This document shows, piece by piece, positions 11,057 through 23,889 of a stretch of DNA of 40,217 bases (the stretch's first letter is position 1; every line of letters starts with the position of its first letter). Source of the stretch: Nemertoderma westbladi (lineage: Eukaryota > Animalia > Xenacoelomorpha). The DNA lies in assembly GCA_032718475.1 (NCBI GenBank), contig JAUCBJ010000155.1, positions 1-40,217 of the forward strand, in the 5' to 3' direction. The notes below the pieces were generated by a model. That model ran no database searches. It was not told the origin of the DNA and saw nothing but the letters and a program-made list of their open reading frames with translations. Position numbers and translations under genes: made by a program.

Positions 11057-11362
11057 TCTTGGGCGGCTTTGTGACACTTGGACCCAACTGACACCCATTG
11101 GGTGTCATATGACACCCAATTATCACCCTATGGGTGTCAATGGGTGTCATTGGCGCCAGGCTGTCTGTGTGACTCCTCCTAATTAGGCCAATTAGACCCT
11201 AATTGACAGGTGTCATCAATTAATTAGTACAATTAAACCCTAAGAGGTGTCCTATGACTCCTAATTAGGGTTTAATTGATTATCCTAATTAATTAGACTG
11301 ATTAGCGCCCTGCCACACAATGGGTCATCAGTTGGGTCCAAGTGTCACCTAGAGGCCCAAGA
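11057..11362. mobile_element. Foldback/MITE-like element
   Basis: Perfect 21-bp inverted repeat GTGACACTTGGACCCAACTGA (11071-11091 / 11328-11348), outer TCTTGGGC/GCCCAAGA, and an interior made of TGACACCC/GGGTGTCA and CCTAATTAGG palindromes. Confidence 0.65.
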
Positions 11363-11399
11363 GGGTGTCATAAGTGCTGATTGTTTAGGGGGCCGATAT

Positions 11400-12334
11400 A
11401 AAGTACCGATTAAAATAGGTTTAATTTTAGGAAGTAAAAGTTCCACCAGTAAAACTTCGTCACAAAGTCTCTAAATCTTCCCTACGATTAAAAGTTAAAT
11501 CACATCGAATGTAAGTACAGACACCACCAGCGTGTCTGTCCCTATCCTTACGTAAAACTACGTAATTATCAATATAAATTTCTCCATCAGAAACGCTATC
11601 ATCGAGCCAAGTTTCAGAGATTGTTAAACTGCTGGGTTGGATTTATTGATTAAAATACGAATTTCGGAAAGTTTGGGAAACAGAGATCGTGCATTTAAAT
11701 GCAAAAAATGCAGACCTTTTTTCTTAAAAAATTTAAAAGTTTCACTCTCAGCATTACTTAGAGTTTGCAGAGGCGATGTGAGGAATGAATCGTCGGTTTC
11801 TGATTCTAAAATAGTATCATGAAAGGGAAGTTCGGTAAAAATACAGCTATTGCAGAGTAAACTTGGCTCAAGATTGTTTCTGGTGGAGAATAAATTAGTG
11901 CTTTTCCTATGGTAACATTTTAAATGTACAAATGTGTCACAACTCTCGCATTGGACGATCTTACTCCGAGAGTTTGTTCCTCGTTGACAGACGGGACAGT
12001 TGATCTTCGGGGCCCGCGTCCTGCTGGGTCCTGGGTTGATCTCAATATCCCCAGCCAGAGACAGAAGAGAGAGTTTGGCGATTAGGCCTCTAGTTCGTGG
12101 AGAGGAGACCCAAGATCTTCTTCCCCGACGAGAGCAGTAGAGGCTAAATCCACTCGTCGACCACATCTCCGTCGATTCGGCGCGGCAGTTCGAAACGGTA
12201 GCGACAGGGTGTTCCGCAAACCAGTCCAATACGGGTATTGGTTGGGTTACAGGGTTACCCCGCGGATCGGATGGTTCTGCCACAACGAAACGGCCCAGAA
12301 CGATGAAAATAGTGGAGATTAAAAGCGGTGACAT
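11400..12334 (-). pseudogene. CR1/L2-type LINE fragment: leader, 2A-like peptide, PHD finger, start of APE endonuclease
   Basis: LLSLAGDIEINPGP (DIEINPGP at 12026-12049). PHD pattern CPVC...CESC...H.KC...CNSC. APE start FLHLNARSL, which continues past the stop at 11624 as ISETWLDDS...RKDRDRHAGGV before decaying. Confidence 0.85.
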
Positions 12335-12412
12335 TGTGCTGTCTGAGGGGGGGGGGGGGGGGGCTCAAAATGGAACTCGCCCAGGGGCGCAAAAAACGAA
12401 GCTCCGCCTCTG

Positions 12413-12600
12413 CGCTGCCCATGCCTCCCCCTTACGTATCCGAAGATCTTCACCTGACTTTCTGAACCATGATCCCAAGTAGCAGAAATCATCCACATGC
12501 TCAAGCAAGCCATCCTTAGAGCTCATGCCCTTACGATTAGACATTTCTTAAGGGCTGTCTAGGTTCACTGTCATGATTTTGGTCTTCTTGGAGTTTACAA
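12413..12600 (-). pseudogene. RTE-like LINE reverse transcriptase fragment
   Basis: Manual translation gives VNSKKTKIM...LEHVDDFCYLGSWF...DLRIRKGEAWAA (RT thumb-region motifs) with an internal stop. Confidence 0.7.
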
Positions 12601-12662
12601 AAAGAAGCTACCTGCAATAAAGTAGATCGGTATTTCAATAAGGGTCAAGTGGTAATGTTTAA

Positions 12663-15600
12663 ATGAATGAGCTGGTAAGTGATATAGAGTTTTGAAAAAT
12701 ATTGAATATATTGTGCTGTATATAAATACTCTAATTCTAATATTATTCTTATATTAAATTTCGTATTCTTATACGAAATCTAACTTAAAATATTTTGGAT
12801 TTTTACAGAAAGTGTCTCAAACGAAACCCAATGCTACATCTTTACTACGTGTTATTGTTCGAACCTACTGGCGTTGTTACATAAAGAACTCGAGTCTTAT
12901 GTTACTTGGATATTGTTGCATGACCATAAAGGCGTTACTTCTATGTGAGATATTGAAGTACTTTATGCCAGATAGTACCATTTCCACCCCAAATGCATAT
13001 TTGTATACCTGCTTAATTGCTTTTCTAGATATGGTATATTTATTATCGAATAACAATTCAAAATTGCTTAATACAATTCTACTTACTGAGATACAAACAG
13101 CATGTTGTTCATTGATATATGATAAAATACTTTCATTATCAATTATAGACGACCAAGAGAAGATGAGTGTGGGTTATATAACTAATTTGGTTTCAAATGA
13201 TTTGGGTCGTTTAGAATCAATGTCTCGCACATTTGGTTATTTGTTTGTATCTCCATTAGTAAATCTAGTTATAACTTGTCTTCTTGTATACATGCTGGGT
13301 TTAGCTGGAGGGATTGCGGTACTTGTGATTATGTTTTATGTTCCTTTGCAGATTTGCTTTGGAAAAATATTTGCTAAGTTGAGAACCACCGCCGCACAAT
13401 TAACTGACAAAAGGATTTCAAATATAGATGATATTATTAATGGAATCTCTGTTATTAAGATGAATATTTGGGAGGAGGTATATATATCAGTAATCAAAAA
13501 ATTACGCAAACTTGAAATTAATCAAATTTCCAAGATATTATACTTGAGGTCATTTTATAGTCTAGACTTGAATGCATTCGTTGGATTCTTGGCGTTTTTT
13601 TCTTACTCAACCCTCGGTGGTGTTTTAGATCCTACAACTGTATTCACCTGCCTGTATCTTATTAATCTTTCATGTCATTTAAGTAATCGCTTAGGGATCT
13701 TATTAAGAAACATGTCTGAAGTATATATTAGTTTTTATAGAATTTGCAAATTTCTTTTGGTTCGGGATAAAAACGTATTCGAAGTATTGAACGTAAAAGA
13801 AGAAAGAGTAAAAATCAATGTATGTGAAGTAGTATTATCTAATTTATCTGCTGGTTTCTTAGACAGAGAAGAAATTATCAGAAACATCAGTATATCAGTG
13901 AAAGCCACTGAAATCTTAGTTGTTATTGGGCAAGTTGGTTCAGGGAAGACAACTTTGCTTCAAGCTATTTTAGGAGAAGTTCCAGTTACATTCGGTTCGG
14001 TAACTTTATCAGGAAAGGTAGCCTATGTCCCCCAATCCCCTTGGATATTTAGTGGAACAATAAGAGATAATATTATATTTGAAAGAGAATTCGAGAAGGA
14101 TTGGTACAATAGATGTCTGGCGATGTGTGAACTCAGACTAGATATAGCAGCTATGCCCAATGGTGACTTTACTATTGTTGGTGAAAAGGGAATAGCTCTA
14201 TCCGGTGGACAGAAAGCTGGGATCAATTTGTGTAGAGCCTTATATTCGCGTGCTGATATTTACATATTAGACGATCCATTTTCATCACTTGATAATAATG
14301 TTGGAAGAGCTATTTTCGAGAAGTGTTTGGTAGGATATATGTCAAAGTGTGCAGCTATAATTGTAGCCACTAATGATAGTAAACATTTACAGAGTGCAGA
14401 TAGAATATTAGTTCTAGAAAAAGGTATGGCAAAGGTATATGGTAAACAAACAGATGTCAATTCCGAGACAAATAAATTACTGAATTTGCTGATGAATCAC
14501 AGAAATGAAAATGACATTCTTTCAGAAAATGTATTTGATGATAAGGAGAAAGAAGAAACCATGGATAGTATTGTATTAGTACATAAAGGTGTTGCTGTGG
14601 ATATTATGGAAGAATCGAATGAAGTTTCTAAAGATCCTATTGAAAAGGGTTCTATTAGCGAACATATTTACTTGCATTATATAAGATCAGGTGTAACCAT
14701 TCCTATGGCAACTTTATTGATGCTCGTGTCTATATTTTGCCATGGCAGTGAACCATTTATTAATTATTGGTTGGCAGGTTGGGCCACTACTGATTCACAA
14801 AATGCATATGCAACTGCGACTAAGACCAAAACTCCAACAATTTTTGGATGGTTGACATGGAGCAGCATAATTCTGGTGTATCTTGCGATCGTTGTTTTCA
14901 ATTGGTTAACTATCATAGCCAAGTTCTGTCTTGGTTATGCCCTATTTCTAAAAGCCAGTCATAAAATGCACAATGTAATAATCAAGAAAGTCATTGAGGC
15001 TCCTAAGAAATTTTTTGACTTTACGCCTATTGGGCAAATTCTTAACCGATTCTCAAAAGATATTGGCGTTATGGATGATATGTTACCTGACCTTCTTTCA
15101 GATATTATGCATAAAGTATTATGTATAACAGTTGTTATTATAATATCAGTATGTGTAACCCCATGGATTTTCTTACCAACTATCCCATTGGTTGCAATGT
15201 TGTGGTGGGTTAGGAAGATTACATTGAGGCCTATGCGTGATGTAAAGATAATTGAGGGAGTTCTTCGAAATCCTATATTTGATCACATAGCACAGACATT
15301 GGAGGGACTTCCTGTGATACGTTCTTACAAAGTGCAGAATTCTTACAGAAACTTATTTTTTAATTATCTTGATAGACACAATGAAGCCTGGTTCATGATC
15401 CAGCCCATTAAAATGTTCCTCGCTATTAACATTAATATTATCTGTTTAGTTTTTGCAATGATCAATTACTGTTTGTGTATATTAATATCAGACTCTCTGC
15501 TTGATTCAAATATGACATACCTTTCATTGACTTATGTTTTAGGATTGTGCGTTTTAGTAGATAGAGCTGTAATCCTATCAGCTGATATAGATGTAACCAT

Positions 15601-16489
15601 GACATCTGTAGAAAGAGTCATGCAGTACACTAGGATTGATGAGGAGCCATATATGCGAAAGGATTACATAACACCACCAAATAACTGGCCCAACAAAGGG
15701 ATTATATCGCTTATTAATGTTTGTTTAACTTATGATATGAGTAAACAGGTCCTTTACAATATTAATCTTAAAATAGCTGCAGGGGAAAAAATAGCATTTA
15801 TTGGTCGAACTGGGGCTGGAAAGACATCTATCTTCATATCAATGTTAAGGTTAGCTAATTATGAAGGTATAATTGAGATGGATGGGATTGACATAGCTAA
15901 CATACCGCTGAAGTCACTTCGTGGTGCCATTGCTGTAGTACCACAAGGTGCTGTGTTATTCGCAGGATCATTGCGTGATAATATGGATCCATTCAATGAT
16001 CATTCTGATAGTGAAATATGGGATGTATTAGAAGCAGTTCAGATGAAGAATGAAGTTGTCTCTCGTCTACTAATTATGAAAAAAGAAAGGTTTTCAATAC
16101 CAGATAGTAAAACCATCAACAGTAACATAGATTATAATGATTTGGATATAATTCGTGTCCATTCTAGGGGTTCCAATTTCAGTACAGGCCAACAACAATT
16201 GTTATGTTTGGGCCGGGCAATTCTAAGAAAATGTAAAATTATGTTAATGGATGAAGCTACCGCCTCTATTGATTTGGAAACACAAAGTGTTATTCAAGGG
16301 GTAATGGAGACTAAATTGAAAGATTTAACTGTTTTGATAATTGCTCACAGAATTGAAACAATAATGGGCAGTGATAGAGTAGTAGTTGTTGCGAATGGAA
16401 AAATAGTTGAACTTGATAAACCACAGGAGCTTTTAAACAACTCAGAAAGTTATTTTAGCAAAATTATGTCCAGCTTTGAAACAAATTAA
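12663..16489 (+). CDS. ABCC4: ABC transporter subfamily C, ABCC4/MRP4-like (model: 12663-12674 joined to 12809-16489)
   Basis: TMD1-NBD1-TMD2-NBD2 layout. NBD1: GQVGSGKT, YVPQ, LSGGQ, YILDD. NBD2: GRTGAGKT, FSTGQ, LMDEATA, IAHR. Also TPIGQILNRFSKD and SVERV. Donor ATGAATGAGCTG|GTAAGT (12675) and acceptor TTTTTACAG (12808) define a phase-0, 134-bp intron. The symbol is family-level, not a proven orthology. Confidence 0.88.
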
Positions 16490-16799
16490 AATGCATTAGT
16501 AAAAAGGAATTAGACCTGCATTTAAGAAAATCGTGTATTCACAATTAATCATATACTATACATTTAATATTATTATTAATATTTAAATTGATGTATCGTT
16601 ATGAACAAAAGTATACTATAATAATACATCACATATATAATATTTCATTACAAACCATGTTGGATGTCGCTATATTAAAATCCAAAAATGTTGACTGCCT
16701 TTATTTTACATCATCCTGCACTCATGCAATAGTGCGGGGCGAGCTACGACTTTGGGTTGAACCTTGTCATACGGTACCATAATTACACCATCTCTCATC

Positions 16800-17440
16800 C
16801 TTTGGCTCCATCACATATGCAGACCCGTGATTAATCTGTGATCTGCAATAAGCTCAACAAACCATGATCGCTGGTAGAAAAGCCAGGGGACACAGATACA
16901 CTAGAAACAAAAATTTCGTCAGTGGTAAATAATAAGTCTAAAACACTATACCCCCTTGTTGGTTATAATTGAAGTTGAGACAGACTACATTCCAAGGAGA
17001 AGTTAGCAAACATTTTATATACAAGTGTATCAGGATAGGTAAAATCGACCCAATTAAACTTGCGTAGGTTAAAATCACCTGGCTTATGTTGAGGTAGGTG
17101 CTCAGTTAACCCACACAAGGCGAACCGGAGAGTTGCCAACAAGGTCAACAGCAATACTCTCGGATTCACCGTCACTTGCACACATTTAATGTTTTTTTTG
17201 AAGCAGTAACAAGAAACCACCCCAGTAGTAGTGAGTCCATCCTTCCTAAATACTTGGTTAGTTAGATTTGGTTGGTTAGTATAGTTATTAGATGCATCTG
17301 GAATACTGTTGGTAAACCAGGACTCAGTTAATCCTACTATGTCATACTCAAAATTCGACAGTAAAATATTTTAATCAGATAATTTCTTGCATGCAGATTT
17401 CGCATTAATGCAACAAGCATTGAGGTGCCCCTTCTGCTGC
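16800..17440 (-). pseudogene. Decayed CR1-like LINE APE endonuclease fragment
   Basis: Manual translation gives HLNACCINAKS...EYDIVGLTESWF...VFRKD and downstream GDFNLRKFNW, interrupted by stops and frameshifts. Confidence 0.65.
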
Positions 17441-19789
17441 TGTTATCATTGATACAGTCATGAGAAACATTGGTAGACAGACTGTTCGGATGGCCATCTT
17501 ACCACCTAGTTGTTTTCTGGTTCTGATATTTCCATGCTGGCCTGCTTCCACTTGGCCCCATTTTGTTGCATAGAAAAAAAAATTACGGCAAAGAATATAC
17601 CAATTTTATTGAATTTGGACCATCAGAACCGAAGTTAGAGCGATTTTAGCGAAAAAATAAAAAAATTTTTTTTTTGCAAAAAATTAAGAATGGTCAATAT
17701 TGGATTTCGTACCCGCGAACTTAGGTTTCATTAACGTGATTGATAACCCCTAGACTATGTGACCAAGAGAATTTGAAATTTATATAGTTATGAAAATTAT
17801 ATAGTATTGGGTTATTTTCTTTGCAGATACTTTATTTTCATATTAATATGTTGTTTGAACCTTACTGACCGCATTAGGGGATATGCGTACAAATAACCGG
17901 CCCTTTTGAGGCTTCGATTGGGTAAATTAATAAAACATAAGGTTGTATAGTATAATATTCTAAAAACCAGTGTGATATTAAATGCACTTTAAACAATAAA
18001 TAGAGATCAAATAACAAATGGACCACACAATTAAAAACTCGCACAATTTTGTACTTATTATATCGCTTCAAATTAATTCAACAGTGGATATTTGTGGGAA
18101 GGGGGAAGTTACAGTGTGCATTCGGGGGAAGTTTGGTGAACTGCATTTATGCAGTGAATCCAAACTTCCCCTTTGAGATATCATATACTTAAGACATGCT
18201 AGGGTGACGGGGAAATATTTGTTACTGTCACACTTTGCTTCTATTTATCTAATCCTTTATTATTACCCCAGTCAGATAAGAGATAATAAATCAGTAAAAA
18301 CTAAACTAAACTGTCTTTCATGCAAACAAATTTCTAACTAAAGACGGGTGATGACCATGACCATGGAAATAATTTTAAATATAATTGTATATCAACTATT
18401 TGGGGAGGCTTCCAAGTTAAACCCAAAAACAATTATTTCGTTACATACATTAAATAACGTTGTATGTTCTTCTTCCTCTCATGATAAATTATATATGAAA
18501 TATCTCAGATCGCTATGCCCTGTAACATTTCATAACCAAAATGTTTCAGTGTGAAAAGTGTAGGCCTACCACACACCGCCCAAACAACCGCAAACGCATA
18601 GCCAACAAATTTAACAAAAGGTTACATACATGTTGTGTTCATGACGAGATGAGTGAAAATTGATCGCGTAATATAAAGTAAAAAATTAAGAGACGGGCTG
18701 GCTCTCCTCCACTTTCTTACCCAATGGAAATGTTGTTGTTATAATCTAATATTGGGGCGGCTTTCTCTCATTCGCTAATGAAAGTAACTTTAATAAGGTG
18801 GGTGTGATCCGAATTCTAACCAAGGCAGATAACCTCGGTGATTGATAGAGAGTCTACACCAACTGCTGAAGACAGCTCTGTAATGGCTACCTTATCGGCC
18901 GACGTGTCATTTGATTCCAGCATATGAGAGATTATAACTTCGCATTTAATTAACTCATCACGAAATACCCCCGACAGACAGACGACTCCACAACTTTGGC
19001 TAAAGGTCTGGTACAGTAGTTACGAGATGAACCAGAATGATTCCGCACAGGTGTAAAACCCTCGGGAATATGCTCGCAATTCCTCTCAGCAAATGAGATA
19101 TTGGGGTTTGTCTGATACGGATTGGATAAGTTTGATTGGTTGGCGAATAGTCCAATTAAGTCGGATACTTTACCTTTCAAATCAGTCTCGCACTCGCTAT
19201 CCTCACTTATAGCCAGACATATGTTCGGGTTTAGCTATGATTGTAGTGTATCTCTTATGTTTGGAGAACTAAACCTAGAAAATATGTTTTAAAGCTATAA
19301 AATCTCTATTTGACCATGTTAATTCTAATGATAATATCATTATTGGGCAATTGCACAGGCATCTATTCATACAAGTAGAATAAGAGAGTTAAATTTTTTT
19401 ATTTTTTATTTTTTAATAAGAGAGAGTTTGCTTTTGTAATGGTTATTCTTATGTATATAGAGTTGGTAATGTATGTAAACAAGTCATACAGTTTTACTGT
19501 TTTCCTTATTTTGTCATGTCAGTCATCAGTCATGCTCTTCCTAGGTTTTTCTTGTCTTACTTTATCTTACTTTAGGCTCTACTTGATGAGTCATATGTTT
19601 CTTTGTTGTTTTTTTTTACTGCAATGTATTATTATATGGACTGATCTTATTGTCTGGGATAAATAAATAAATAAATAAAAACTTGAACCCTCCACTAAAC
19701 ACAGTCTCGCAGTTTACTTTCACTATGGATCACACTGTGTGCATTTGAAACATTCTAACAGCTCACAATGTGTGCACTCCACACGGTCT

Positions 19790-20290
19790 GATAGCGCACA
19801 CGGTAAGACACATTACATGCGGTGTGATGCCATAACACACGGTAAAGATACATTGCATGAGGTAGGATACGTTCACACAATGTAAGACAAATCGCATGTG
19901 GTAGGATATGTTTGCATACGGTAAGATACATAGGGCATGGTAGGATACGTAGGGCATGGTAGGATATGGTAAGACACGTAGGGCAATTATACATAGAATT
20001 AGACCTCATATGCGATAAGATACATAGGGCATAAAGGACACGGTAGAATATGTCTAGGAATAGACAAGTTAAGACACATCGTATACAATAAAATATATAG
20101 GGATCATAGTGCTTGGTAAGGTACGTAGCGCACTCGCACTTGGTAAGATACGTAGGGCACTCGCACACAGTAAGACACATTGTATGCAATAAGGCACATA
20201 GGGCACATAGGACAAGGTAGGATACGTAGAGCACTTGCAAATGGTAAGATATGTAGGGCATGATAAGTTATGTAAGATTCGGTACAATTC
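19790..20290. repeat. Degenerate minisatellite with core GGTAAGATACGTAGGGCAT (units of roughly 19-30 bp)
   Basis: Repeated GGTA(A/G)GA(T/C)AC(G/A)TAGGGCA variants, which explain the overlapping Cys/Tyr/His-rich ORFs on the - strand. Confidence 0.8.
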
Positions 20291-21094
20291 ATAGTCACAA
20301 AGTTCATGCTTTCGCATGTACTAGTACACCATTATGACTCCCTATTTATATTTATTTCATTACTTAAGTAGGTCCCGTCCCATCCGGTATGTTTTTTAAA
20401 ATGTATTTATTTTCCTGTTCTACTTTTGTTCATATAAAATTAATTAGGTCTATATAAAATAACTGACTTTCATGTTATATTTACATGTTTATTTATAACT
20501 ACATAATATAAATGTATGTTTTCCTAATGTTGCGATTAATATAAATGTTCGATATTAAAGCTTAATGATCATATAGCCGTTTCAATCCTCCCAGTAGTGC
20601 TGGTTTAGCGACTCGTTCGGCTACACACTTGCCCAGTCCTAGGTGGTTGGGAGTTGTCTGCATCACTTTGCATTGGGTCCCTCCTGATGGCTGTCATCAG
20701 TAGACTTCTGGGCTTCGACGATCTGAGCTTTAAGCTTGGGTGGGGAGGTTATTCATTTCTAAATTGATATAGTTTGACTCTGATGTCTTGTCTCCAGCCA
20801 TTCATTTGGAGATGGACATTGTCCGGATTAGTGTGCAATGCGGGGGTACTAAGCTCGATATACATTAGCAACAAATGTGATTATTAATCCCGATAGTTTA
20901 AAGAAACCCCAATGCATGTCGGTGGACATCATGACTCCATGGTTGGCATGACATTTGAATAGCATCCACTTCTCTATTGCCATTCCCTTCACGCAATCCC
21001 TCTCGAGATGTCCCTGGAAAACACAATCCTGACATCGATTGTGCATGGTAGGACATGCTTTAAGGAGGCGGTCGTTGTTGTCGCAATATATGCA

Positions 21095-22065
21095 CCTCTG
21101 GTAGAGACAAGATGGCTGGAGGCAGTACCGTTGGCTGATACATCCACAACATCATGTGTATCAGCTCTTATCTCCTCGTCTATTTCTAGATTTTGCATAC
21201 CAAGTGATCTCACATCTGATCGGGGATGACAATTTACATCGAAACTGTAGCGAGGCATCTCTGATCAATTAGGTATTACAGTACATAACACCGCTGCATA
21301 TCATCCAGCTGCTAATGGGATTCTAGAACGCTGGCACCACCAATTCAAAGCGTAACTTAAGGCTAGACTAGAGTGAAGCCCCAACTGGGTGGCCAATATA
21401 CCTGGCGTACTACTTGGTCTTCGCACTACGTTCAAAGAAGACCTCGGCGCGAGTTGTGCTGAACTAGTGTATGGCAGGTCCTTGGAGATTTTCTTCCTGC
21501 TATTGATAATGTCACTAAACCAAACACCTACGATTTCCTCAAAATATTACGAGATAAAGTTCAAACACCTAAAGATGTACCAACTACAGCACATGGACTC
21601 CCAAAAGTTCATGTGCCCTCCAGCCTGACTAACTTACGTTATGTATTTCTTTCTTTGTATTGAAACACATTGCAAACCCTTGCAGAGACCATACACAGGA
21701 CCCTACGAAGTCCTAGAAACTGGCCCAAAAACGTTTAAAATCAGGATGGGAAATAGAGAAGAATCCGCCTCTATTGATCAGTTAAAACCTGATCACATAG
21801 ATACTGACAAGCCGGTTCTATTAGCCCAACCGCCATGTCGTGGAAAACCACATAAATCTTCAACAACAGCGCTCGATACGCACAAGAAACTATGTGGTTT
21901 TACTGTTATCATCTTGTTATTATATATATATATGTTATCATATATTATCATCTAAAGTTATTTTCGTATAAGAAACTGTAAGTAACTGACTTATGCTGAA
22001 GCTGTTACGCAACAACCACCCGTTACCCGCTCTGGTAGAGTTTCAAACCCTCCAAATCATTATTA
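21095..22065 (+). pseudogene. Gypsy/Ty3 (CsRN1-like) integrase remnant
   Basis: TRWLEAVPL...SRFCIPSDLTSDRG*QFTS...TAAYHPAANGILERWH...VLLGLRTTFKEDLGASCAELVYG; GPY/F motif PLQRPYTGPYEVL...SIDQLKP; terminal TRSGRVS. Multiple stops and frameshifts. Confidence 0.85.
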
Positions 22066-22101
22066 AAATATTAAAAATATGTATGTTGCTGGAGAGGGTA
22101 G

Positions 22102-22261
22102 TGTAGCAGTGGTGGAAAATTCCTATAGATATTCAGTCTAGACCTTAGGAATAAAGATACCAGTAGGAATATGAAATTGTATTATATACAATTGTATAAT
22201 ACTGAGAGCAACAGATACTATTTTATAAACCTTTCATTGACTTCATTATCCCCTCGCCACA
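22102..22261 (+). repeat. Short 3' LTR of the Gypsy remnant
   Basis: PPT GGAGAGGGTAG immediately precedes TGTAGC...GCCACA (TG..CA with near-inverted termini); AATAAA inside; 160 bp. Confidence 0.6.
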
Positions 22262-22885
22262 ATATCCATTATGACACCTCGACATTATTAGGTTGTTCTA
22301 GAAAGTTTAGGTGCATAACTACAAATAATTCCCCACTAATAAATAAAATTAGATTCGCCATTGTTCATAATTAGCACATTAAAGTCGAATTTGAATTCAA
22401 TTTTGAATTAACAAAATCTCTCGTGCCTCGCTGTGGCTCGGGAAACAAAATCACTAGTGCCTTAACGCTATAAAGTGATATTTTATGAACAATAACCATA
22501 TCATATCTATGTGGTTTTACTGTGCTTGTAGTTTTGTGATTAATACTAAATTATAATAATATTTTAAAAAATAAAAGTTCAACAAGCTGCCTGCGCGTGG
22601 GGGTGTAATGTTTAAAAAAATAAATAATAATAATATAACAATAACATATTTCAAAATAATAATATTTCAAATGCACGAAAACATGAAATATATAAAATGC
22701 ACAAAACCTAATTACTGGATAGAATTACGCAATTTAAAATAGGTAGTTAAAGTAATTGAGTAAATATATAATCATCTATAGTTATTTTCGTCAATTAATG
22801 CTAAAAAATATGCTAAATAATGCTAAAAATTTTGTACCGGTACCAAATGTTATATCTTTTTTAAATTCTAATATTCTAGTATTAT

Positions 22886-23725
22886 TTACGAAGGACTAAC
22901 AACTTCACCATTTGTATATAACACAGCATCACCTTTCTTACCATCCTCCACTTTCAAACCCTCTTCTTTGAACTCAACTTCTAAATCAGGATTGTATCTT
23001 CCATCAAACTCTAAGACATGGTCAGGCGGTTGACTTAAATAAACCCTTTTGTTTACCGCATAATGGGTCTTCTTTGTCTGAGATCGTAAGAACCATCTGT
23101 ATGGCCAGGTTAACCCAAGGAATGTAGCTATCCAGTACCAAAACCGAGACATCCACCAAGGAACATTACCATTGTCATCTTTAGTGACCGCTATGCATTT
23201 ATCAAACCCTGGGATATAATGTTCCTTCCCAGCATTCATGTGAACAGCTTTAAATTGATTTCTTTCCCTGAACGCATCAAATTTGTCATTTAAATCATCC
23301 CCTGTTTCTGTGTCTCCTGGAAGGACTAACTTTTCCATGCCAATTAATGTGACACCGTTGTTTTTTATTCCTTCAACATTGTTTTCGGAAATATCAATCC
23401 AATAAAGGAAGTTGTAGATTTTGAGGTCAGTGTGAGTGACAGCCAATTCCTGATAGGTTTCTATCCGTGATTGAGTGTTACCTTGGCCGTCGGTGTAATA
23501 AACGATCCTAGTTCTCATTTCATAATGATAACACTCAGCCCTAAATACAATGAGCGGCTGTTGTTTGCGTAATGAGGAAATTATTTCTGCAACAAATTTA
23601 GGACTTCCGATATTGCTGAGGTATTTGTTTTCACTTGAGTTACAAGATTCGATCAACATACAGATTTAAGCAAAGGGGGCAATGCAAACAGAAGATATTA
23701 CCATTACTGTGAATGTGTTGTTACG
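22886..23725 (-). CDS. TMEM151: TMEM151-family protein, 5'-truncated or pseudogenised
   Basis: Family-typical motifs LIESC.S...YLSN, P.I.FRAECYHYE.RTR, VTH, YW.DIS, PWWMSRFWYWIATFLGLTWPYRW. The frame extends upstream through a hydrophobic segment (VMVISSVCIAPFA*ICM) containing TAA at 23666-23668. Confidence 0.75.
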
Positions 23726-23889
23726 CTACGGACGGCACATGTGTATTCTAGGCAAATCGGTATCCATGGTATCCAAAACCAGAATGAAGTCAACGGAAAC
23801 ATCGAGAATAAATGACAGACTGTTCTAGTCGGTCTGGCAGACAAAAAAGTATTTAGAAAACGGGATGACAACCTGTAAACCTACTACCA

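Noticed and set aside
18125-18171. Hairpin GGGGAAGTTTGG...CCAAACTTCCCC as a terminator or ncRNA
   Set aside because: Eukaryotic repeat-rich context with no other support; most likely DNA-transposon debris.
19755-20317. Cys/His/Tyr-rich ORFs as metal-binding proteins
   Set aside because: Several overlapping frames are open across a degenerate minisatellite; the composition is a by-product of the repeat.
20560-21060. Second, inverted integrase fragment on the - strand
   Set aside because: Only vague CxxC and PW hints; too degraded to support.
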